DNA of 58,235 nucleotides, filler included, from Sphacelaria rigidula (GCA_964200075.2; 5 parts of 5 records of this genome joined end to end with filler, not necessarily neighbours in it); one strand, 5' to 3'; counted from the whole stretch's first letter, positions 25,150-37,200 are shown. Notes: a model not told the origin generated them from the letters alone. Made by a program: numbers and translations.

Positions 25150-25400
25150 ACTGTCTACGATAGCCCCGCCTCAAAACCATCTCAAAAGTGTCACGAAAAC
25201 AACGGCCATACAGCGCCTGATGTTTGGGTCATGCTGCATGAAGCGCCTCATGTTGTCGACATTGGGTAAAACGAATTCAAGCGTGGGAATTCCCAGCTTC
25301 TCGTTGTGCTCGGCATTTTCTCACTTCGATTTACGTGAAGATTTTGCCGCCCAAAACCATGCACGTTTTGGGGGGGGGGCATCGTAAAAAAGGTCCATAC
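25150..25400. repeat. Diverged repeat/pseudogene family X, homologous to 52900-53150 in opposite orientation
   Basis: Alignable by eye over ~250 bp, e.g. KRGNSQLLVVLG in both copies on one strand. The coding strand is ambiguous. Confidence 0.7.
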
Positions 25401-26546
25401 AATCGAAACAATCATATCAGTCAGGCAGGTGAAAAGACCTAATGATTCCGATATTTGTCGACATGTGTTCCATTCTCTGATCGCGCTCCGGGTGCACATG
25501 ATCGGTTCCACACAGGACCACAGGATATTTGTCCCAAAGTTCTGGCGGTGAGAGCATGTTGATTTTAAATCGCGGAGAGATTGATCTAAACGTGCAACAA
25601 CGCCAACACCTTCGTTACTGTCAAAACATGAAGGCCCCGCCTGTGTTGCCATAAACGTATCGGCATCGCCCACTCTCAAACACCTACTTACCAGCAGAAT
25701 TAGTGTGGAGCGTGCGTTTATGCCTATAACAGAGGCGGGTCGCCTCCTGTTCGCGACCTCGGTTGAACCCGCAGAGCGAAAGATCGAATCATCATGTGGG
25801 CATACCGGCGGCTTGACTCCAGAAAGACGGCAACAAGAGCAATCCCCTCTCGAGTCAATCGTTCCGGTGTCGGGTGCAGCTCTCCCCTCACAGCCGATGG
25901 CGCTGCAAGATATGGTTGCATCGAGCTTTGAGTGCTGCCGCAGTTTACGGTGTGTAGAGCGGTTCATTGAAGGGACGCTTGATGCTCGGAGGTTGGCGTT
26001 GGAGCAAGCGGACCTCAGTCGTGTCGTCGCGCGCAAAGCACGTGCCGTATCAGAAACCCGGCAAGAACGTGGGATCGATGCATGCTTCCGACGGCGTGGT
26101 TTGTAATCGTTTCTTCGCTCGAGCCTATGAGGTGTCGCAAAACCTCGTGAGAACGCGAAGAAGAACCGGGGTGCTCTATCGGTATCGAAAAACACGTGAG
26201 TATGATCCCCGCGTTTGGGTAGATGTGTACAGCAGGACCCTTGTTTCCACCGCGACCTTTTATCATGACCGAGTCCGCATTGTTTTTTTAAATTCAGGAG
26301 CCCAATTCTTCCGAATCGGCTGCCCGTCACGGGTGTTTTCAAACAAGGCGAAGCCTTCACGCGTGGTACCGGAGTGCAGGCAGTAGTACACAGCAGTAAC
26401 ACACGCACAGTAAACGAAGTTAAGCCCTCACGTGTAGTACCGTAGTGACGGCAATATTCAGTAGTAATATCCTCTGTTTCTGTATCCACTGCCATGGACG
26501 TGCATCTGCATGTGACCTCGAACCCTGCAGTACAGTGAAAACGGTA

Positions 26547-26770
26547 TATCGTAATTGTCACGAGTCCTCGCATACCCCCTCGACCGAATTTCAAAGCTCG
26601 ACTACTCCACAACAAGAAGAGCATCAGTTCTGACGAGGGAGACGCTGAGAAGATCTCGTCAATAGCTGTCCGAAAACGCGTCGTTTGGTATTGGCACTCT
26701 CTTCGTCGTGGAGTAATCGAGCTTTGAAATTCGGCCCGGGTTGTGTCCCTCGACTCGCATAATTACGATA
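26547..26770. repeat. Inverted repeat (~75-bp arms, ~75-bp spacer)
   Basis: Perfect 18-bp core CCGAATTTCAAAGCTCGA (26584-26601) and TCGAGCTTTGAAATTCGG (26717-26734), with imperfect extension on both sides. Confidence 0.85.
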
Positions 26771-27544
26771 GTGCTGTACTATATCGGCAAAGCACAGCTA
26801 CCTCCTGTGCTCACGAGTACAGACCGTGCTTGTTACCTGACAGAGTACAGCCTGTACTCGGACATGGAGTAGTACAAGACAACGAGTACAGGCTAAACTG
26901 TGCCGTGTTTGCGAAGCATAGCCTATGCTTGTAATGTCGTACCGTTCGCAAAACCCACGGCCTGTAGTGTGAATACTTTGTATTGTACCCGTCATCTCGA
27001 GAAGAAAACATCTCATCGACGGTGCCACCGGATGACGGAAGATCAAAGTGGGTGTTTTTCGTTGTGCTCAACATTGACTCGTGCTGGCTGGGCTTCGATA
27101 CTCCGTCGGCACCCTTTGCGTTTGTGTCTGTTGCATGCCGGTCGCCCCGGTGGCTCAGTTGGTAACCTCGAAACCGTCTGACGGTTGAGCAGCTGATCCA
27201 AAACATGAAGGCTCCCGAATTAAAACAAAAACACGCGGGATCGGTCATGATGAAGGGTCACGGTGGAAATAAGGATCCCCTTACATAGGTGGATATACTT
27301 TCTGCGCTCAAAACCGGTCAAGGACTTTCATGTACTGTTGTCTATGCACGTGTCCTACATTCACATGGTCATAAAAAGAGGCGTGTGATACTATGGCAAG
27401 AGAACGATTCTGAATCTCGAACATGGCATGGTTCAACCCAGTCTACATGCGGTTTTATATGCGACATACACCCGTGGAACACCTCTGTGGGCAAAATATA
27501 TTGCTAAACTAGGTTTCTCACCATGATGCCCCCGGAAGACTCTA

Positions 27545-27922
27545 TTCGTGAGATTCAGAGGGTAGTATCAGATTCAGAGTGTATGCTCTAGCGTTCCCAA
27601 CAGGATACTTTTATTATTATTTGTTTTGCTTGAGCACACGTACACAGGCACCGCAGGTAAGGTGCCGTACCGAGCGTACCCCCGGTATTTACCGGGGTAT
27701 CACATACCGTGGTATGCGTAGGTATCGTAGGTATGAGTTTTGAAAATACCGGATTGGGCCGGTACGGTAGGTATTAAAATCTCGAAATACCCTGGTATCA
27801 TAGGTATCGTAGGTAACACAATATTTGTGAGATTCAGAGGGTAGTTTCAGATTCAGAGTGGATGCTCTAGCGTTCCTAACAGGCAATTTATTTTCCTTTT
27901 TTTGCTTGAGCACACGTGCTGT
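27545..27922. repeat. Two ~100-bp direct repeats flanking a GGTAT/ATACC-rich segment
   Basis: GTGAGATTCAGAGGGTAGT.TCAGATTCAGAGTG.ATGCTCTAGCGTTCC at ~27548 and ~27826. The spacer is rich in GGTAT/ATACC motifs like DNA-transposon subtermini. Confidence 0.8.
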
Positions 27923-28228
27923 ACATGTAGCTACCGTACAGTACCCCATTCGAGGATTCCGTCAGTCTGGCGGGTGAGATACCGTACGAAGCATTTTTAC
28001 GCCTGAGAGGCATTTCGGAACTGAAACTGTTACAGGCACTAATCGGTTTTTCCTGAAAGAGGGGATTTTTTGTTGCAATGGACTGACTATGTAGTTGCGA
28101 TCAAGTGATGTGTCAAAATGATCGGGTAGGCGACAGCTTTCATTGAAGCCACCGCTTCACCAGCTGAGCGCATTACTCCTCGAACTGTGGCGATGTCAAA
28201 ATCGACGGGAAAGTCGAGTGTTTCGGGT

Positions 28229-28270
28229 CTAACTCTGAATCTGAAACAACCCTCTGAGTCTCACGAATGT
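28229..28270 (+). mobile_element. 42-bp insertion with 12-bp TSD
   Basis: AGTGTTTCGGGT at 28217-28228 and 28271-28282. The insert is the reverse complement of the start of the 27545/27825 repeats. Confidence 0.8.
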
Positions 28271-31200
28271 AGTGTTTCGGGTATCATGTCAGGGGCGACG
28301 GTGGACCGCGAGACGGCAGGGATCCTGTTCACCGAAACAAAATCCTCCCGTTCCTCGACAGATACGCAGAGATGTACGAGCAAAACATGCCGCACCAGAA
28401 TGCTATATACTTCTACATGAGAAACAAACAGGTGTGTAAATGCAGGTAGCGCTTGCACAGCCATTATTTCGGTCGCGCTTTTGGACTGATATGTGTGTGT
28501 GTGTGGGTGGGTGGGGGGAGGGCTCTCGCGGCATCAATCACGGTAAACCGCGTCTTATTTTAGTTTCGTTTGTTTGTTTTTTGCCAACATATTTGAGGAA
28601 GCAGTTGGTAAATATCGTTTCGATTTGTGTTTTTGTCGGGCTAGGGGTACAGGCCTGGAACACTTCGATCCCCGACGGTGTTCATAGTCTTCGATTCCAA
28701 CTCAAATTACTGGACCATTGACTACCCCTTAGCGCATTAAGCACGCAATTTCGGAAATTGAGCACAGTTTTCATCGAGGAATAACGCTGGGAACCGCCAC
28801 AAGCATCGAAATGGTTTCGAAGTAGAATAACAAATGCACTCTCCGGCCGTAATGTGTGGCGTCGCTCATCCTGGGAGAAAACGCCGGTCATTTGTAAAAT
28901 CCCGTGTTTTTCCGGGGATTCTGTGATACAAGAGCAGTGTAAAATACAGGAAGGACCGGAGGATTAACTTGTTCCGTGTAAGTACAGGATACCGCAAATT
29001 GCAGACGGACTATTGTTCAGGAGGAGCCACGCCACACGGCACAATCGGAGAGGGCAGATTCTTTTCTGTATTGCGGAAATATAGTGATGCTTACGAAGGT
29101 TCCCAAGGCTCAACCACAGTAACATATCCATCCCCAATTTTCAATATCGCGTGCTTTCTGATTCAGTTCAACAGTCGGATCCATCCCCCCTGCGAATAGC
29201 GTCGCAGAAAGAGGCAATGCGGTGGATGACAGTACAGATATACGCGCCGGAGCCCAGGACGCAGCGCATTGCGCTTGTGTGCTAGTTGTTTTTGGCTTCA
29301 TGCGCACGCTGATGTTGCGCTACCAACTTCATGCGTGCGCTCATTTTCCTAACTATATAGCGTAAGTATCCGGCGTTGCGGGCTCAATTTCCTGCACACG
29401 ATCCCTCGAAACACACGACCACCTTACATTCCTAATGACAGGAAGTGTACGATGCGTTCGTGGAGGATATGCGTAGTACGGGACGTGGGGTGGCCGCAAG
29501 TCTTAGCTATTTTTACACCACGATGCGCAAGGACCGACCCCACTACAAGGCCAAGGTCGGCGGCACATTCATGAAGTGTAACGCCTGCACTCTGTACCAT
29601 GACATCCTTAATGGGAGTTCTGGTGTGAGGGTCACCGCTGACCCCGGCAAGATGGAGGAGGTCGCTATGGAGCAAAAGGCGCACTTGCATGTGAGTCGTC
29701 TTCTCGTAGAAATTGTCGGCAGCTCGTGATGTCACCGGGAAACGAGGATACGCAATATGTGAGACTACGCCACGAATAGCATCCAAAGCAGCCGCAGGTG
29801 TATCGAATCAGTCAAGGGGAGGATATTTCCCGACCAATATAATTCCTCAGCTCGTACCTGCAGCGACCCGTCGATATCAAATGTTTCGACGCGAGTACGC
29901 ATCTAAATTCTGTCGAGTAAACCTCCATCTCCCTATGCGACCTCGGCTCATTGCGTCACGGTATCGCAAGTCGCGAGTGCCCCTCCACTCAAGTTTCCCA
30001 GGTCCATGCAGTCGAAAAGCATTTCCCAGTTACACGTTGTCTTGGCGGAAACCCTCTCCGCCCGAGCCGCGTATCAACAGCCGACCGTTTTTCTTATCAT
30101 TTGCCTAGCTTATTTTTAGTTCGTTATTTCGGATTGGTTTCGTTTATCGTGTGTATGTTGATCTGAATTTATGAGCTATGTTTGTGTTTTTAATATCTGT
30201 GGTTACTTCACGCCTCCTGCGCGGGTGTTTCTGTGCTTCCTTCAATCCCGAGTTCATCTTCCATGGGACCACAGCTTGAAGCACGTGGTTTGTCCCAATG
30301 GTAGATACAACGCTCGAGATATTCCTCATCAGTCTTACGATGCGGACTTCCCCTCGACCGTTAGAGTTGGTGACTCTAGACCGTCAGCGCCTGGCTTTCA
30401 TCAGTCAGGCTGCCATTCGAGCGAAGGCCAATCAGGAGCCATTGAAGTTCGTGTCTCTACAAGCCGATGCAGCAGCTCAAACGGTGTTCGCTCTACCTAT
30501 GTGCTCTCCAGTGACGCACGGCACAGACAAGTAAGTACGAACGACAAATGACCATGCATTCGACGGTATCCCCCTTTGGTGAGCGCCTCCAACACTCGCG
30601 TAAACCCACGGTCATGGCGCTGGTGAATACTCGCTCGCGCGTGCGTCGACGTCGCTGTAGACTGCATTGTGTCTGATACGACTCCACGGTTATGCACGAT
30701 GCGTGATGTGGCGACTAACAGGGGATATGCCGAACGCCTAAAAGGCATGGCAGGTCTCGCGGAGGGACAGTTCGTGGAGTTCTTCCTGGCACCTCAGACC
30801 GTCGGAGGCGGTGAGTTCGAGTACGGTGCTCGTGTCATGCAGTCGCCGAATTATACTGTGAGGCGATCGTCGGCATGATTCGTTCGCATCTCGATTTTCT
30901 TATAGCGTAGTATCGCCGCCCACCCGATTCGCAGTAAGTAACTCTTCGTCTGCCGTAGTCTTTTCGTTCGATACTTCTACCGCCGAGGCGCGTGGTTCGG
31001 TACAGCACACTGCCCCACAGTCCACCACAGCATTTCTTCCACAAACCATACGAACATCGCACACTGTTCGTCCCGCCATTCCGCCATCACCTTGCCGTGT
31101 ACTTGTTCGCAGACAGCAATCTTATATGCACCTTCATTCACCGGGCACTGACGCGACTTGTTCGACACGCAGTGCAGCGCCGGCACCCCAGCGTACATAG

Positions 31201-31599
31201 ACGAACTATATGCTCAATTCGACAACTGCGTGGGCGAAAACAATAACCACATCGTCTTAACGTACCTGGGTTCTCTTGTTGCTCGAGGCGTATTCAGACG
31301 GGTTGAGGTTAATGTCATGATGGTTGGACATAACCACATCATGATCGACCAGGTCTTCTCGAGGTGTGTACGTACAAAGAAGTGTGCGTCGAAATTGAAG
31401 ATCGGTATCGAATTGAAGAACATATCGTGATCAGAACAGTCGATCATGCGTACGGACGTGGAAGACCGAGAAGCCGACATTGGTCATTTTCAAATCAAAA
31501 TCTAGAATAGATAATCGATTGTTTACACTCCCCGGCCTGCTCGTGGCGGGGCTATTTTCTCTTTTATTATCAGCTGTGTTGGAGTGCCCTCTTACGGTT

Positions 31600-31792
31600 T
31601 TGTTTGGGTTTTTATTTGTTACTTGTGTGTTTATTTCTCGAGAGGCCCAAAAGAAGCAATGAGAACCCTTTTGCAAGGAACAGCAGGGATGGTATTGGAA
31701 AGACGAGCCCACGTCTGTGACCACGAGAGGTCGGGCTAGTGTGTGGGAATAATAATAATGACGACAATAATGGTAATAATGATGATAATAAT
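31600..31792 (+). repeat. RTE-LINE 3'-end fragment (family C) inside a transposase intron
   Basis: Reverse-complement match to 2640-2750, ending in an AAT/GAT-rich tail. Confidence 0.75.
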
Positions 31793-33573
31793 TTACATAT
31801 TTCGCGTAAATTAGGGACAAAAGGTATGGAACGGTGATGCCGGCTACCCAAAATCCCCGTAATTTCTACGGCTGCCCTCATTCACCACTACTTCTAATCC
31901 CACAACCGGGAAGCAACACCGCACAACCGCACACCACACACAACACAACACCTCGCGGCGGACCAGGCTGTGCCTGGACACAAAGTGAAGGTTTACAAGA
32001 GTTCTGTGCCTGGGGAGGTCTTACGGAGTTGCCGAGTGGACGAGGGACCCAAATCCCCGCGATGTGTTTGGCACCAACGCAGACAGTACGCGCGTATGGC
32101 ACACGCATGGATGAGTTCTTGCGACAAGGCACCGAGAACGCGTGCAATCCATATCGTATATGTTTTTTCACCGCATAAACTGCGGCTAGACTGTGTTATT
32201 GGGGGTGAACGTGGGGGACCTCCGACAGCAATGCATATTTTCGAAACAAAACTGTGACTGGATCATCCGGCTGTGATGTATGGCCTCGCTCATCCCAGGT
32301 TTAGGCCCCGACCCTAACCGTAACCCTAACCCCAATGAGATGGAGGGCTTCTACAAATTCACCCCTAACGTGGGATCACTCAGTATACCTTTGGAATTTA
32401 CCGCGGTAATTGACCTTGGTAATTGCGCTGTGAATCGGCTGTAACTCCGAATCTAGGTTGAAAGAATCAGGACCGAGACCGTGGTGAGGTTCGTATTCGC
32501 AAAACCTCACTTTTCATTTTTTGAACGAAGTCTAAGTCATCAACTAACAGAATATACGAAATTCCAACCTGTTAAAAAATCGAAATAAAATCCCGGAGCA
32601 CGTCCTGCAAATAATGCCGGTACGCGGGTGGTCTTTTCCGATGTCAAAATATGTACGGTGTCAGTACAAGTCTCGCAGGGGTAAGGAGAAATGATTGCAC
32701 AGTACATAAGCGTCCACACATATCTCGATGTCGCGAGTTACTTTGGACATCGAAGGGTCAGTGTGTAGGTGGAAGTATGTCATTGATGGCCACTTTGGTA
32801 CTTAATTACGATTGTTTACCAGGATCGCCGTACACTGCGAGGGCTCTTGCCTGTTCACGAGACAGCAGCAGGCAGAGGCCTTCAGTGCTGCGTACACGAG
32901 CCTGCCCGTCTACGCCAGCACTCTCCGCTCCTTGGGCAACTTCAAAGGGGCCCTGACAGACGGCGATGGCGTGTTTCCCATCGTTGGCATAACGTCGCCG
33001 CGGTCGTTCGAGATTCGGCCTGCGAGGCCAGCCCAGGTCAGCGTCGGTATGAAGCAGTATATGCACAAGCCTGACTTCACCGGGATGACGGCTCCCGGTG
33101 TCTTCGAAGGCTCCCCACACTTACTCTTCCGAGCGGGTGTCCCAGATATGGAGTTAGCGCCTCCCTTCAACCTGAAGGTCGTCGATTCAGTCGCGCGGGC
33201 ATGCGTTCTGGCTCGCTACAATGCCGTGCACTGTCGCCTGGCGTCTCTCTACCCCCTAGGTGCGCGTACACCGGAGATTCCCCGTCTTTATATTGTGCCG
33301 CGCAAACTATCCTCGTGTGGTCGAGCGTGCACGGTTTTTGCAATCGCGTCCCACCTTGTTGTTATAATTGCTCCGCTCGACGCATCCCCGACTTCAGTAA
33401 CCGGTGTTGATTTAGTCCTTGGTCGGTGGTCTCACGATGTGCTGGGACCCTAAGTCTGTACCCGCTGTACGGCAGTATGTCAAAAGGGTGTAATCTTTCA
33501 TAGGCTCGTTATTCTCTGTCCTCTCAGCACATATTTTTTGTTTTTGTAAAAACAAATGGCGCTTAGAGATGGA

Positions 33574-33803
33574 GCACACCCCTAACGCAAGGTAGACAGC
33601 GAGGCCTCGGACAACCAAAGTACCTAAGAGTACAATACAGGGATAGGGAAACTGGGCTTTGTTTTGACTCAAAATGGCGTTTCTGCGTGCACACCCCTAA
33701 CGCAAGGTAGACAGCGAGGCCTCGGACAACCAAAGTACCTAAGAGTACAATACAGGGATAGGGAAACTGGGCTTTATTTTGACTCAAAATGGCGTTTCTG
33801 CGT
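33574..33803. repeat. Tandem duplication, 2 x 115 bp
   Basis: 33574-33688 and 33689-33803 differ at one position seen (GGGCTTTG versus GGGCTTTA). Confidence 0.92.
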
Positions 33804-34903
33804 TACCCCGGCGTACCCAAGTTGCAGTTGAGGGCCTATTTGCGGAGGGTTCAGTACTGACAGTTTCATTTGCAGATAGGGTGGTCAGGGTAGACCTGTC
33901 GTCCTCTGTTCACAGACTTTTTATCGTTTTTGTCGACTACGTACGAGTGTGTACTTCTGTGCGCATAGTGTTACGGAAGAGGGAGGCCGCAAAGGCCGGC
34001 AACCTCTATTCCAGTTTGGGCATCTATGTTTCTTCCTGCTTTATGTAGTTCTGCGTTTGTTACCAACCCTTTTTTTAACGGTTTGTATGTGATTGTCCTC
34101 CACGTTTATCCAACGAGTGTTCCCGTTCCGGTTGTCGATAATGTTACCACGGGTCGATTGCTAAGGGATCATTTGCTGCGCGGCGATCGATTAATCAATC
34201 TTCTTGCCGAATCTAAACCACGAGGATGTCGCACACGGGCCGCCCCTGATCCAATTTTGGCTGACGCATGCTCGCAGATTCGGAAAGGTAGGAGACAATC
34301 AAAAACGAAATGGCTACCTCCCACAGACTACTCGGCGCAAAGGGCTCCGTGCCTTGGAATCTTCCTCGCCCCTGGCTGCGGCGCAACGACGTGCAGCCAG
34401 CCCAAGTGGCAGCAAAAGAGGACACGGGGACAGATGAATATAGCCCCGGCGATGGGTCGGGTAGGGAGCTCGACACTTCTGTTCATGCCACGTCGGGGGG
34501 TGTCGTTCAGCACTCCGGGGTGTGTGGGCAGGGTGGGGCGGGCACCAGCGGTGGCGCCGCCCCTGGTGAGCAACCCGACATTCCCTCATTCGTTAAGGGA
34601 GACTTCGTTTTCTTCCTCGCCGACGAAGCCCCGTTTTTGGTGGGCAAAGCGATCGACGTACGGGAGACTGTCGGCAGTGAGGCCGACGTTCAGGTGCGCT
34701 GGTGGTCATCGGCGACCTCCAAAGCTCGCAGCGGCACGGCTGATTGCAGCATGAGAGAATACGGGAAGGGTACGCGCACCGAAGACTACAGAACCACAGG
34801 AAGTTGTTACGGAGCTGGGGTCGACACCACTGTAATGCGTGAGAGGACCGCGTGCTTAGAGGACCGCGCCGTAGTTCAAAACACCGCAGGATCGATGTTT
34901 TTC

Positions 34904-35003
34904 NNNNNNNNNNNNNNNNNNNNNNNNNNNNNNNNNNNNNNNNNNNNTTAATTAATTAANNNNNNNNNNNNNNNNNNNNNNNNNNNNNNNNNNNNNNNNN
35001 NNN
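34904..35003. other. Artificial contig linker
   Basis: N44-TTAATTAATTAA-N44. Confidence 0.97.
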
Positions 35004-35074
35004 GTATTGCCGATGACGTTATTGTACTGCGTAGAGTACGGGGTGCGTATCACATCGTTGAGCGATAGCGTGTC

Positions 35075-35075
<1 letters not shown>

Positions 35076-35109
<34 letters not shown>
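35076..35109. repeat. (TG)n microsatellite
   Basis: Direct observation. Confidence 0.95.
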
Positions 35110-35112
<3 letters not shown>

Positions 35113-35659
35113 GCGGCGAGTTTACGTCAATAATCACCCCGCACTGGGTACTAGCGGGTTGCAGCAGCGTCACGGAAAATGTTGCACGCACGGCCCAATT
35201 CGACGACTCTTGAGCTGAAATTTCAGGAAGACCTTCTGCACCCAAGGAAATCATACTTTCACGTGAGCAGCTGCAGATTCTCATTCATTTGCTGGACTCA
35301 TGACATTATATTGTTTTTGCTGAAATCTCAAATGCTCCTAACTTTTTTCCCCCCTTTTTTTATTTGCTGCTGACGTGATCTTCTGCATTTTGATCATCAT
35401 AAAAAGCTGCTGTCAAAATTTCAGTGTCCAACTCCTCATATCGCGCCGTGCGTCGCCTGAGTGAGAAAACCACCCATTGTTGGCTGGCCCAGCTCGTAGC
35501 CCCGGCGGATGAAATGTGCACAGAAAACTTCTGCACATTCGATATGTCGAACCACCTGCATTCGATTTAACTCGTTTTGGTACAACCCCAGGTCTCCGTT
35601 TTACGGTATACCCGGCGGTATCAATATCCATGAGTTCACATCACGTGCCGCACCCGTGC

Positions 35660-37200
35660 AGGTCATTTGATCCGCGGCGAGGATCCGTGATTATCGGCAT
35701 GCGTTGGTCGATTATTCTGCCTGATGTGTTCACCCGACAACGGCAAATTCACCCCTTCAGGTTTTCGCTTACAGCACTTGTCGCCCACGGGGTCGCCCAT
35801 GACGGTACCGGAACTTATCGGCGTACTGTATTCTCGCCCACGCACACCGTTGTTGAAGTCTTGTCAGGAGTTCAAGATGATCATCGACAAAAATATTCGG
35901 AACCTCCCTGTCGTGGGCCACGGCACGACACAGTGATGAGGAAAGTGCGCGAACGTTGTGCGGAAGAAATCCAGCGGTTGCTACGCCTGGCGACAGCCGT
36001 GCTGGGCCTTGCCGCGACTCCCTGCAAGATTCGACGTATCTGGCATAAACTTATTGCATCACGGCTGACCGTTATGAGGGGTGCCGCCAACTCAACACGA
36101 GCGTCGAGATTCACGAAGTAGCGCCAAAACGGACGTCATGAAGAGATGTCAGCGTTTGTCATCGACGGTAAAGGCGGCGGCGTCAGCCCATTTCCATAAC
36201 TCCGGCGCTGACCACCCAACCCCCAGAGCGAAGCAGGCCCTGGCGATCTTCCATCTATCCACCGAGCAGGCAAGTTCCAATTAGTATGCTTCTTCCCTGG
36301 CTTTGCCGTAACATAAACCGAAGGCAATGGGTCCATACAACCTCGCTCTTTGGCAATCGTGGTTCCGCCTGATGCCGGCGCTGTCCTCACCGTCCACCTC
36401 TCCTGTCTTTGTGTGCTCCAATACTAACAAGACGCATCCGTTTCCCGCGCCCCACCCTCATGTCTTACCATGTGTTGGCGTCTTCCAGGCCACAAACGAC
36501 AAGCTAATTACTGTCATCGAGGATGTCAACATGGTCGAGTTCAGGTACCCCATGGGTGCGTTAACACTGAGTGGGGATCGCGCAAGTTCTCCGGTGCGCG
36601 GTGGGGAATTTTACACACTGGTGCAGCATTGGGACATCGGCTACTGCCATGCTTTTTCGAAACCATGTATTCTGCAGCAGTGGGTTCGTGCCACACCGGA
36701 GTGGAACTACGACCCTGGTGCTGAGCAAGCAGCGTACGACTGCTTCCTGCAGACGTTTCACAAGGTGTGATTCGCCGATTATTGCAGGCGATCAGGAGAG
36801 AAAAAACCACGCGGCAGGCTCTGCGTGCAACCTTAAAAGCCGCCCCCGTTGCCGCTAAGCCTGAAGCGCCGCCTGCGAACAGGGGCGGCGGTGGTGCTTC
36901 GGGTGGCACTGACAGAATCGCGCTGGCGCGAAGGCAGCTCTGCTTGCAGTGAAGTTGACCGAGGTGTCCTTCGGGAAGCTCACAGTCGGCCTGTTGAGGG
37001 ACCACACCCAGGTGGTGGTGGGTAGCCTGAAGGCTCAGAGGAAGGCCCAAAAAATACGCCCATGAGCGCAGCTTCATCACCTGGTGCCAGGGATTGTTAC
37101 TCTTGGGGAGAGCTGTGAAGTGTTGGAAAAATTTCGACGACGTCCGGGCAGCATCGGCCATGGAAGCCGTGGATGTCGACGTAGGTTCGCAACGGTAGGG
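35660..37200 (+). pseudogene. Decayed spliced gene of unknown function
   Basis: Protein-like pieces (PELIGVLYSRPRTPLLKSCQEFKMIIDKNIRNL; NDKLITVIEDVNMVEFRYP...WDIGYCHAF...WNYDP). A pyrimidine tract + CAG acceptor lies near 36488. Frameshifts present. Confidence 0.4.

Larger units (their letters stand above)
28180..34760 (+). pseudogene. Intron-containing Sola/DUF7869-like DDE transposase; exons ~28180-28431, 29442-29690, 30367-30530, 30722-30810, 31113-31363, 32823-~33177, ~34110-34760
   Basis: Spliced reading: FLDRYAEMYEQNMPH..NKQ|EVYDAF..FMKCNAC..KAHLH|LVTLDRQ..VSLQADAAAQTVFALP..DK|GY..VGG|DSNLICTFIHRAL..LYAQFDNCVGENNN..VGHNHIMIDQVFSR|IAVH..LGNFK. Five consecutive GT-AG junctions are phase-compatible. 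Disabled by a 1-nt frameshift at ~31158, an insertion at 28229-28282 and frameshifts in the last exon. Confidence 0.82.

Noticed and set aside
25331..25333. In-frame TAA shared with 52961-52963, suggesting readthrough or an alternative code
   Set aside because: The opposite strand reads through this site in both copies (FDLRE) with comparable synonymous conservation, so recoding is not needed.
25248..26624. 458-aa ORF, the longest in the track
   Set aside because: Arg/Ser/Cys-rich with no motif, and it crosses a hairpin arm and a frameshifted repeat copy. Probably a chance open frame.
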